Positions 54,977 through 62,771 of a stretch of 64,000 bases of DNA are shown piece by piece. Positions within the stretch are counted from its first letter, which is position 1; each line of letters opens with the position of its first letter. The position numbers and the translations under genes were made by a program. The notes beneath the pieces were generated by a model. That model did not search any database. It saw only the letters and a program-made list of their open reading frames with translations, and was not told the DNA's origin. The stretch comes from Patescibacteria group bacterium (GTDB taxonomy: Bacteria; Patescibacteriota; Minisyncoccia; Minisyncoccales; RBG-13-36-15), in assembly GCA_018609195.1 (NCBI GenBank), contig JAHCSE010000018.1:4750-68749 (forward strand), written 5' to 3'.

Positions 54977-55171
54977 CAAAAAAGCCCAGAGGGGGCCTTT
55001 TGGCGAAAAGAGCTGGAAAGAGCTGAAGGGAGAGGGGAGGCGATTCTGTCTGAGGTGAGCCTCCCGTATCTGACCACGATGAGGTAGAGAGGTACCGTTC
55101 TGCATCGCGCCACGTCTGAGTCCCCAAGGAGGGGAACGTTTGAGGGTCCGGAGAACCACCTGCCCTCTCCC
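54977..55171 (-). ncRNA. GC-rich structured RNA, paralog B (unknown class)
   Basis: TTGAAT (55205-55200) + TATAAT promoter, nearly identical to paralog A. The 5' end GGGAGAGGGCAGGUGGUUCUC pairs with CCUCCCCUCUCCC (55028-55040). The interior has diverged but keeps hairpins. Confidence 0.5.
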
Positions 55172-55286
55172 AAGTTAATTATAGTTTTTCCAGAACTTGA
55201 TTCAACCCCCACACCTATTTTTAGGTAGTGGCGGGCTTGCCATTCCATAGCTTTAGCGAAGGATGGGCTAAAAGTTGGCTGACTTT

Positions 55287-55859
55287 TTATTTTAGTTTTT
55301 TTAATTTAATGTCGTATATAATATTTTCTATTTTTCTTAGATTTCTTTCTGTTTCATCATATTTTCGCCTTAATTTTCCCGTAAAACCAATCTTAGTAAG
55401 TTCCTCGCTAATATTTTCAATTACTTTTTTATACGAAAGTAACTGTTCAAGATTCTCTGCGCTTGCTATAGTTATTGCTCTTCTTATAAGCTCACCCGTA
55501 AAATCACAGATTCCAGAAATTATCTCCTCTGGCCCCACTTTAATAAAATCAGGAGTTTCTTTTTCAGGTTTGGTTAGAAAGTTATAAAAGGTTATGGCTT
55601 CAATATATTCTTCGACCGCTTCTCTATAAGAAACTTGATTTACCAAATCTTTATTTTTCTTAATTATTTTGTTAATTAATCTAAAAAGATTTTCTACTTT
55701 TTCAATTATCTTTTCACTTTCTTTTATATTATCTCTGCGCAATAAGGCAATCGCTTTTTTAGATGCAACTCTAATTTCATTAGAAATTTTTTGAATCTCG
55801 TATATTAATTCCTGGGTTTCTTGATGCTCTTTAATCGATTTTTTTAATAAATTATTCAT
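55287..55859 (-). CDS. possible translin-family nucleic-acid-binding protein
   Basis: All-alpha 190 aa. GICDFTGELIRRAI resembles the translin/TRAX G..D..GEL.R motif. Weak call. Confidence 0.4.
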   Translation of the reverse strand: MNNLLKKSIKEHQETQELIYEIQKISNEIRVASKKAIALLRRDNIKESEKIIEKVENLFRLINKIIKKNKDLVNQVSYREAVEEYIEAITFYNFLTKPEKETPDFIKVGPEEIISGICDFTGELIRRAITIASAENLEQLLSYKKVIENISEELTKIGFTGKLRRKYDETERNLRKIENIIYDIKLKKLK

Positions 55860-55918
55860 ACTTTTAGTTAAATTCTTCTACGGGATTTGCCCCCATCCTT
55901 ATTTAGGCAGTGGTGGGG

Positions 55919-56638
55919 CTAAAATTTGGCTGCTTGGTCAAACCACTTGCCAAATTGGCAGTCTTGACGGTGGGCAGGCGGTGTATTTTTTCTCAAAACA
56001 GCCACTGCTTCTTCAAAAAGTCCCTGGACATACGCAGGGTCTGTCTCTATCTCATGAAGTTCTTTTCGAAAAGGTAATCTATCACCAAAACCGTTTTCCT
56101 TATCAACGATATAAAAAGCTAGATAACCCTTTCTTGGGGTTAAAAATCCATTTTTTTCCAACAAGTAAGTATAAACATCCATTTGCAGCTGAAAACGATC
56201 ATATACAGTAGGCACCTTGCTACCAGTAGATTTATAATCAAGAGGAGATAATTTGCCATCTGGAAATTCTAAAATATCATCAACCGCTCCAAAAATAGTT
56301 GCTTTAAGCTCTGAATCATAATAACGTATCCCTGCAAAATTACTGCGCCATTGATTTAACTTATCTTGATTAGGAAAGAGTTTTGCCTTGATATTATTCT
56401 CCAAAAGCAAAGGATGAGGTTCTCCTTTCGCCCGATAATCATCAAACTCCTTTTTTAAAAGAGTATCTACAGCCATGTTTAAAGCATAGGGATAGGGCGG
56501 TGGCCTTTTAATTCCTTTACGCTTTCCCAGCCAAAAACAAAGTTGACACTCTAAGAATAAATTTAGGCTCGTCGGCGAAAGTTTAACCTGCCCCGTAGGG
56601 AACTTGTTCTCCTTCGGGGTTTGATTATTATTGCTCAT
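55919..56638 (-). CDS. PD-(D/E)XK nuclease family protein (Cas4/RecB-like)
   Basis: N-terminal SLNLFLECQLCFW; GAVDDILEF..LSPLDYKSTG (D..DxK). Confidence 0.6.
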   Translation of the reverse strand: MSNNNQTPKENKFPTGQVKLSPTSLNLFLECQLCFWLGKRKGIKRPPPYPYALNMAVDTLLKKEFDDYRAKGEPHPLLLENNIKAKLFPNQDKLNQWRSNFAGIRYYDSELKATIFGAVDDILEFPDGKLSPLDYKSTGSKVPTVYDRFQLQMDVYTYLLEKNGFLTPRKGYLAFYIVDKENGFGDRLPFRKELHEIETDPAYVQGLFEEAVAVLRKNTPPAHRQDCQFGKWFDQAAKF

Positions 56639-56725
56639 TTTTTATTTCAGCTTCGGCTTTGTCATCCATAGCTTTAGCGAAGGATGGGCTAAATTTTGGT
56701 TTTTTTAGGATTTTTGTAAGGATAA

Positions 56726-58060
56726 CTATGGCGTTTCCGATTGTAGACTGTTCATATAATCAACGATTCGATCATCAACAAATATATCGTTTGGGTAAAG
56801 TTCTTTTGTGACAGTAAGCCCCTCTAAAGTACGGCAACGACTGAGAGCAACATATGTTTGTCCGCCTACAAAAGGAGATCGAGTGTAATCAATATTGATA
56901 CGATCAAAAGTCATTCCTTGGCCCTTGTGAATAGTAATTGCCCAGGCAAGACGAAGCGGGAATTGTTCTAATTCCCCAATAATTTCCGTCGTAATGGTAT
57001 TTGAATCCGGATCAATGCCATAACGAATATTCTCCCATTTTTCACGTAGCACGATAAATTCTTCCCCACTTGAATCTAATTTGATAAGAATATTTCTTTT
57101 ATCCAATTTCGTTACAATCCCCATATCTCCGTTATTAAACTTTCCCGTGTTCTTCAAAATCATCACACGTGCACCTTTGCGTAATAATAGACTTCGAGGA
57201 ACAATCGTATCTTTTTCTTCAGGAAATTCACCTATGATATTGGCTTCAAATTCATATTCAGGGCCAGAGAGTTTTAATAACTCTGTCTGATTGATAGTAT
57301 CTGCCACTCTGTTCGTCGTCGTAAGAGTAACGCCTTGATCCTTATAAGAGTGTGTATAGAAAGGCTTAACAAGCCGATCGTTAATTGGCTGGAGGATTCG
57401 CATATTCACGCTTCCGTGGCGAATTAAGTTCAAGAGTTCAATGAACTCCGCATCATGTTGTCGATGAAATTCTGTCAATTCTAACAGTCGAAAATTACCA
57501 TGATTATACGCTTCTGTACTGAAAAAATATGGCGTTTTGTAGATTCTCGATATTACCGGTTCCTCTGCGGAAGTCACAACGGGTGGTAGTTGATAGGGAT
57601 CCCCAACTAAGATAATCTGAGCACCACCAAATGGTAATCTACTATCCCGCCCCTTTAATCTCATAAAGTTGTCTATACCATCAAGGACATCGGCTCGAAC
57701 CATTGAGACCTCATCGATGATAATAGTGTCGACGACCTTGTAAATTCTGTCATTCGAATGTAACTCGTCAATAACCTGAGGTGTTATGATACGGGGTGGA
57801 AAATGAAAAAAAGAATGTATCGTTTTTCCCCCGACATTAAAAGCAGCGATACCAGTTGGAGCTAAAACAACTATTCTTTTTTTCGTTTTATCTCGAAACT
57901 GTTGGATAAGAGTAGTTTTTCCTGTGCCCGCATTGCCGGTTAAAAACCAATTGTCGTTGGAGTTTTCAAATAAAGACAATACGGAACGAAATTCATCAGT
58001 TAATACGATTCGCGATGAGCTGGTTATTTTTTTATTTGAGAATGGCCAGAAGAGACCCAT
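56726..58060 (-). CDS. Pif1/RecD-like SF1B DNA helicase
   Basis: GNAGTGKTTL (Walker A), IIIDEVSMV (Walker B), and C-terminal TIHKGQGMTF. Confidence 0.8.
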   Translation of the reverse strand: MGLFWPFSNKKITSSSRIVLTDEFRSVLSLFENSNDNWFLTGNAGTGKTTLIQQFRDKTKKRIVVLAPTGIAAFNVGGKTIHSFFHFPPRIITPQVIDELHSNDRIYKVVDTIIIDEVSMVRADVLDGIDNFMRLKGRDSRLPFGGAQIILVGDPYQLPPVVTSAEEPVISRIYKTPYFFSTEAYNHGNFRLLELTEFHRQHDAEFIELLNLIRHGSVNMRILQPINDRLVKPFYTHSYKDQGVTLTTTNRVADTINQTELLKLSGPEYEFEANIIGEFPEEKDTIVPRSLLLRKGARVMILKNTGKFNNGDMGIVTKLDKRNILIKLDSSGEEFIVLREKWENIRYGIDPDSNTITTEIIGELEQFPLRLAWAITIHKGQGMTFDRINIDYTRSPFVGGQTYVALSRCRTLEGLTVTKELYPNDIFVDDRIVDYMNSLQSETP

Positions 58061-58173
58061 AAATTATTTACTTACTATTTAAAGTCCTTTTGATTCATGG
58101 TTTTCGATTAAATTTTTCTCAACTTCGGACTAAATTTTGGAGATTTTTATGAGATTTAAATAACGCGTCTCGG

Positions 58174-58401
58174 TCAAGAGGTTAAAACCCAAACATCCCG
58201 CATCTCTAGTCTGTCTGGTGGAGTCACAATTCTGTACTTTGTGTCTTCACTTTTCAAATCGGCACAAATTTGTTCTAAAGTAGGGTTTTTATGGTTAAGA
58301 GAATAACGGTGCTTAAAGCCCTCATTCTCTAGTGCTTTATTATCATAGTTATAAGTTGTAGGACGCTCCTGACTTACTAGATCAGGATATTCTTTTTTCA
58401 T
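58174..58401 (-). CDS. hypothetical small protein
   Basis: 75-aa ORF in the operon direction; no motif. Confidence 0.4.
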   Translation of the reverse strand: MKKEYPDLVSQERPTTYNYDNKALENEGFKHRYSLNHKNPTLEQICADLKSEDTKYRIVTPPDRLEMRDVWVLTS

Positions 58402-58454
58402 ATTATTTCACTAATTCTCCCTTAAATGCTTTGTCTAAAATTGATTGCTTCTAT

Positions 58455-58682
58455 TTATTTAATTTCTTCTAAAAATATCCAGCGTTGTTTTTCCTTTTCA
58501 TTTAACTTATCAAAGCATTCTCCGCACATCTTAGCATAATCTAGTTTATAATCACCTTTTTCATCTACTTCTCCTTTGCCTGTCTGTATACCAAGATTAT
58601 AGTACCACCGACCAGAATCCCTGGGGTATACTTTATTACAATTTAATCCATTGCAAGTTTGTTCCATAAATTTATTTCTCAA
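58455..58682 (-). CDS. hypothetical small protein with CxxxxC..CxxC (zinc-ribbon-like)
   Basis: CNGLNC ... CGEC. Confidence 0.4.
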   Translation of the reverse strand: MRNKFMEQTCNGLNCNKVYPRDSGRWYYNLGIQTGKGEVDEKGDYKLDYAKMCGECFDKLNEKEKQRWIFLEEIK

Positions 58683-58776
58683 TTAATTCTTCGATCTTTT
58701 GTTTGGCCTCTTCTAATAATTCTTTTGCTTTTTTGTGGAGGGGTGGACCACAAACTATTATATTGCTACTGCTTGT

Positions 58777-59460
58777 TTAATTTTCTGAGGAGGAGGTGTT
58801 TTTGTAACCACTTTCTAAAAATTTTTTAATTTCTAATTCTCTGAGTTTCCAGCAATCATTTTTCAAATTTCCAAGTTCTTCACCGTTTAAATTTTTCCCA
58901 CCTGATTCTGAAATCTGCCAAACATCTATAGGAAAGCCTAGTCCATATGCCCCAATTTCAATTGCTTCTTCTATTACTTTAAACGCGAGGAGAGTTCCTT
59001 TTCCAATATCAATTTTCGTAGGGATTAACTCTTGATATTTTTGCAATAGCGCATGAACAAATGTACGTCCTATTCCTATTCCGAATGGTCCTGTTTTTAT
59101 CCATTCTGGGGTGCCACTCGCTGTTATATGGAGAATACGAGGGACCTTATGATATTCCACAAAAATAAATTCTTCTTGAGGCGGTTGTTGGTCTATCCCA
59201 AATAACTCGATGGAACAATTCTTTACAGTTTGAGCTAAATTATCTCGAATATTTCCTAACGGATTTTCTTTATTAGGTAAATTAACAATTTTTTCTTCCA
59301 CTCGCTGAATTAATGATTCTCTGCCAGCCGCCGCCCAAAGACAATTTTTATTTAATTGTTTAATTTTTTTACCAGGAGCCCGAATTTCTCCGGAGGTAAT
59401 CTGACCATCTGATGCTAAAATTATGCCGTTTTTTGTAGGAATAGCTAAAATAATTGTCAT
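58777..59460 (-). CDS. proteasome beta/HslV-like Ntn-hydrolase
   Basis: Taken from MTIILAIPTKNGIILASDGQ, with Thr directly after the initiator Met and the Asp17/Lys33-equivalent pattern. The ORF-track start at 59508 would bury the Thr. Confidence 0.55.
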   Translation of the reverse strand: MTIILAIPTKNGIILASDGQITSGEIRAPGKKIKQLNKNCLWAAAGRESLIQRVEEKIVNLPNKENPLGNIRDNLAQTVKNCSIELFGIDQQPPQEEFIFVEYHKVPRILHITASGTPEWIKTGPFGIGIGRTFVHALLQKYQELIPTKIDIGKGTLLAFKVIEEAIEIGAYGLGFPIDVWQISESGGKNLNGEELGNLKNDCWKLRELEIKKFLESGYKNTSSSEN

Positions 59461-59471
59461 AATTTTAAAAT

Positions 59472-59798
59472 CTAAGAAAATCGGCATCCTATTACGGGGC
59501 ATCTCCAATTCATTCCAAGGGGAGCCGCTGGATGATTTACATTGTCTTTTGGATTATATTTATGATAATAATCGCATTCTTTTAGATAGGCATCTTTTGA
59601 TGAACTTGTATATTCAAACCAAAAATAAGTATGTCCTAACCCTTCCTGTACTGATTGTTTAATTCGCGAGTTTAAATCTGTGTCTGATCTACCCACATAA
59701 GCCGCGGTTTTACCATCACGTGAAAAAAGATAAACCCCTGGTGATTGTTGTGTTACATAAACATCTACCCTAGTTATTGGGAATGGTCCTAATAACAT
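59472..59798 (-). CDS. GIY-YIG-like nuclease domain protein
   Basis: PGVYLFSRDGKTAAYVGRSDTDLNSRIKQ ... E..YHKYNPKDN. Confidence 0.5.
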   Translation of the reverse strand: MLLGPFPITRVDVYVTQQSPGVYLFSRDGKTAAYVGRSDTDLNSRIKQSVQEGLGHTYFWFEYTSSSKDAYLKECDYYHKYNPKDNVNHPAAPLGMNWRCPVIGCRFS

Positions 59799-59848
59799 AA
59801 TTTTATTCTAATTTAGATTTTTATTCCGATCAACTTATTTGTATCATT

Positions 59849-59977
59849 TCAGAATATATCTTCGACCCTTTCGTTTGGTCCCGGTTTGAGATTTTGGACT
59901 ATTTCATCACTTACCCGCGATGTAAAATAATCCTGCCCGAATGATTCTTTTATTGAATTAAAAGTTTCGTAGAGCAT
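59849..59977 (-). CDS. mosaic mini-ORF L1 (42 aa; module A + unique tail)
   Basis: Not in ORF track. MLYETFNSIKESFGQDYFTSRVSDEIVQNLKPGPNERVEDIF*. It differs from L3 module A at 8 nt, 7 of them synonymous. Confidence 0.55.
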   Translation of the reverse strand: MLYETFNSIKESFGQDYFTSRVSDEIVQNLKPGPNERVEDIF

Positions 59978-59979
59978 AG

Positions 59980-60648
59980 TTAGAATTTCTTTATAATGTC
60001 AGTAATGATTTTTTCTAATTGATAGTAATCTTCATAATAATCGACATAAACATCAAACGCTCTTTCAGTGTCAGGCTTATGAATATGAATTTCTAAACGA
60101 GAATCTGTAGCACCCAGACTCCATATTTTTGGGTCTATTTGTAAGTCTAACCCATATGGATTGTAATTATGTTCAATTAGTTTGTTTCTCATTTCGTTAA
60201 ATTTTGTCAAAAATTCCCAATCATTATGGTTCTCATCAATGAGTTTTAGTGCTTTCAATAAATCAATACATTTTTTACCATGATGATACATCCCGTATAA
60301 ACTAACCCCGGTTAGCTCATTAAGATGTAACATTTTCAATCTATTTCCAAAAGATTCATTGATGCATGCCACTTTATTAAATCTTAATTGTTCAAAACTG
60401 AAATAGAAGAGCTTAAATGAATCGTATAAAAAACGATAATTTTGTCTTTCCTCATTCCAATTATTACCAAACGATTTCCATTTATTGTTCCAATTATTTT
60501 CAAAATCGTTTAAATTAACTTGTTGCCCCTGATCGTTTTGAAATCTACTAACAAAGTATTCGTCTCCAAAAATTGTTTGACGAGACATATTATCATCCAC
60601 TTTAACAATTGTTGTTAAATCTATTAGTTTTTGTATGTCAGCATCCAT
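59980..60648 (-). CDS. hypothetical protein with HEPN-like Rx5H motif
   Basis: 222 aa; FNEMRNKLIEHN (R-x5-H) in a predicted helical region. Functional call is weak. Confidence 0.45.
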   Translation of the reverse strand: MDADIQKLIDLTTIVKVDDNMSRQTIFGDEYFVSRFQNDQGQQVNLNDFENNWNNKWKSFGNNWNEERQNYRFLYDSFKLFYFSFEQLRFNKVACINESFGNRLKMLHLNELTGVSLYGMYHHGKKCIDLLKALKLIDENHNDWEFLTKFNEMRNKLIEHNYNPYGLDLQIDPKIWSLGATDSRLEIHIHKPDTERAFDVYVDYYEDYYQLEKIITDIIKKF

Positions 60649-60769
60649 AAAATTCCCTATTTAACTTCTTGTCCTTCTCTTTCAGCCCATACTCCTCATC
60701 ATCAATCCGTTGAGTAAAATAATCTTGTCCAAACGATTCTTTTATTGAATTAAATGTTTTGTAAAGCAT
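60638..60769 (-). CDS. mosaic mini-ORF L3 (43 aa; module A + module B)
   Basis: Not in ORF track. MLYKTFNSIKESFGQDYFTQRIDDEEYGLKEKDKKLNREFYGC*. Overlaps the previous gene's stop and the next gene's start. Confidence 0.55.
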   Translation of the reverse strand: MLYKTFNSIKESFGQDYFTQRIDDEEYGLKEKDKKLNREFYGC

Positions 60770-61532
60770 AAATTTTTTCTATAATAGTGCTGAACATCCT
60801 ATCTATCCACTCAAAACCGAACAAGGAATTTACTACACTGATCAGCGTAATAATTAGCGTCAATCCTGCAATAACGAGGACCCATTTGGTTAATTTACTA
60901 GCACTTTTTTGCTCGTTTAATATATTCTTTTGAACTTTCAAAGAAGTGTTTGATACGCTCAATAGCTCAGCGTGCCGTTCCCAGTTATTTTCTTCCTGTA
61001 TAACAGATATCGGCTTGAAGGACATCGATTCAGAAGAAGCCATATCAAAAACTTTAGGTAAAGTAATTTTAGGCATGGTTTTTTGTATATTTTCTACGGT
61101 ACTACGCACTTTCTCTAATGCTTCTCGCGCTATCTCTTTCATTGGTTCAATGTGTCTATCAAGATATTCCTCAACGCCTACTCGAAAATCTTTAAAAAAG
61201 TTTCCGGTTTCTTTGTAGTTTTCGAAAAATGACTCCTCGTTTTTAATAAAAGCTCTTGCAATCTCAATTATCTCTTTTTCACTAATTTTTTGAAATTCTG
61301 CAAAGTTTATTTTAGGTTTCAGTAACTGATTGTATAAAACCTTTAAAGTGAAATCTTTACTTGTTAATTCATCTTTTCTTTCTAGCTTAAACTTTTCATC
61401 AATCTCCTTCAACTCCCCCATTAATTCCATAAATTTATGTATATCACCACCAGAAATATATTTAAGCTCAACTTCGTCCAATGAAGAAGTTTTTAATCTT
61501 GTATTATAGTCGTTGTAATTAAGCTTAGGCAT
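60750..61532 (-). CDS. hypothetical helical protein with C-terminal TM helix
   Basis: MPKLNYND.. start (ATG 61532; TTG 61538 in track). WVLVIAGLTLIITLISVV near the C-terminus. Confidence 0.55.
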   Translation of the reverse strand: MPKLNYNDYNTRLKTSSLDEVELKYISGGDIHKFMELMGELKEIDEKFKLERKDELTSKDFTLKVLYNQLLKPKINFAEFQKISEKEIIEIARAFIKNEESFFENYKETGNFFKDFRVGVEEYLDRHIEPMKEIAREALEKVRSTVENIQKTMPKITLPKVFDMASSESMSFKPISVIQEENNWERHAELLSVSNTSLKVQKNILNEQKSASKLTKWVLVIAGLTLIITLISVVNSLFGFEWIDRMFSTIIEKIYALQNI

Positions 61533-61554
61533 AATCAAAATCTTCGTAGAGCAT
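61525..61554 (-). pseudogene. truncated module-A mini-ORF L2 (MLYEDFDYA*)
   Basis: ATGCTCTACGAAGATTTTGAT matches the first ~20 nt of L1/L3, then runs into the next gene's start. Confidence 0.35.
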
Positions 61555-61564
61555 AATTTAAAAA

Positions 61565-62473
61565 TTAGGGCTCAATTTTTTTAATTTCTAAGCCATTCTC
61601 CTTATATTCTGCCCTCCATTGTTGTAAAAACGAAAAGATGTCTAAGTCTATTGGAAATTTAGCCCTTGGATTGTATACCATTATACAATCTGAGCCCATA
61701 ACTTCCGGATGATTTAAGACAGTTTCGGTTGAATAAATAACAGCGCTGACAATATTATGATTTTCTTCTTCAAAAAATTTCATTGAAACTTTTTCTCCGT
61801 CTTTCTTTTTAATATAGTCCCTTCTTGTCCAGCCCGCATAAACTAAATGGTCGTTAACTTTTTTAAAGTGTTCGTATCCGAAACCAAGTAAACATTTTAA
61901 GATTAGTGGAATTTGAGGGTCAGGATGTTCTAACCCTCCTTTATTAACGGCAATAATATACGGTTTCTTTTTATTTTCTATAAAATCTTTATACTTTTTA
62001 TATTTTGTATCTAGCGAGTTAGTTAATCTAAGTAACATTTCATCGTGTGGGATATCCTGTACTACCATTTCTTCCGGGCTTCTCGCTACAAACATTTCAG
62101 GAACTGCATCTTCGGTTGTTCCCTTTTCACAAGCAACTGCCTCAATAAAAATCTCATTTTCTTTATCTTTGTTAATAATAAAATCCGGGCCTTTATCTGG
62201 AGAAAAAACATCAAGGTTATTTTTGATAAAAACAACACCTAAATACATCTCCCATGTTCTCTGATGAAAATGCTTTTTAACATCCGATAAAAAATTACTA
62301 TCAGCTAATGATCTATAAATTTTCCATAGTTTATCAAAATTTTCTCTTCTTTCTTTTATACAACCGCTCACAATGTAGTAAGAGTCGTAATCAGGATATA
62401 ATGCCTTCACCCGTTCTAATCCTCCATTATTATTTATCAATGGAAGTTCAACAGTAAAAATTGAATTTTGCAT
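61565..62473 (-). CDS. hypothetical protein, possibly restriction-endonuclease-like fold
   Basis: 302 aa. GPDFII..IFIEAVACEK loosely resembles a PD-(D/E)XK core. Weak call. Confidence 0.45.
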   Translation of the reverse strand: MQNSIFTVELPLINNNGGLERVKALYPDYDSYYIVSGCIKERRENFDKLWKIYRSLADSNFLSDVKKHFHQRTWEMYLGVVFIKNNLDVFSPDKGPDFIINKDKENEIFIEAVACEKGTTEDAVPEMFVARSPEEMVVQDIPHDEMLLRLTNSLDTKYKKYKDFIENKKKPYIIAVNKGGLEHPDPQIPLILKCLLGFGYEHFKKVNDHLVYAGWTRRDYIKKKDGEKVSMKFFEEENHNIVSAVIYSTETVLNHPEVMGSDCIMVYNPRAKFPIDLDIFSFLQQWRAEYKENGLEIKKIEP

Positions 62474-62476
62474 AAT

Positions 62477-62617
62477 TTAATTTTTATAAAATTCTTTATT
62501 CAACTTCTTATCCTCCTCGTTCACTCCATACTCCTCATCATCAATCTCGCTGTAGTTGACATAGAGATGATTTTTATCTAAACACTCCAGTAAAAATTTC
62601 TTTTGATCTTCCAACAT
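62477..62617 (-). CDS. mosaic mini-ORF L4 (46 aa; unique head + module B)
   Basis: Not in ORF track. MLEDQKKFLLECLDKNHLYVNYSEIDDEEYGVNEEDKKLNKEFYKN*. Its stop is 3 nt before the next ATG. Confidence 0.5.
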   Translation of the reverse strand: MLEDQKKFLLECLDKNHLYVNYSEIDDEEYGVNEEDKKLNKEFYKN

Positions 62618-62679
62618 TAAATCCCTAAACTCTTTAGTATTTTTTATTGATTTCCCTCAGCTTCAGCTAAATTTTCTTT

Positions 62680-62708
62680 ATTTTACCTCATTTCGCCCAT
62701 TTTTTCAA
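62680..62708 (-). promoter_or_regulatory. candidate promoter of the mini-ORF/effector operon
   Basis: Minus strand TTGAAA (62708-62703), 17 nt, TAAAAT (62685-62680). Divergent from the MTase gene. Confidence 0.45.
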
Positions 62709-62771
62709 TCTCCGATCTCATCTTGTCTTTTTCCAAAAATCGCGGTAATTTGAAGGTAGGGAATACTATTT

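Noticed and set aside
54848-55248. ORFs 54848-55087(+), 54941-55159(-) and 54946-55248(-)
   Set aside because: The same reasoning applies as for paralog A. The translations are low-complexity, and the ORFs overlap the promoter and terminator of the RNA candidate.
58683-58776. In-frame 34-codon extension after the proteasome-like gene's TAA (..IIVCGPPLHKKAKELLEEAKQKIEELIEK*)
   Set aside because: It has no start codon of its own, and read-through of TAA is unsupported. It was noted only as a possible relic of a longer ancestral ORF.
59849-62617. The conserved inter-gene repeats as integron attC sites or plain terminators
   Set aside because: No RYYYAAC/GTTRRRY core pair or extended imperfect palindrome is present, and no integrase is in the window. 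The differences between copies are overwhelmingly synonymous in one reading frame, which favours small coding genes.
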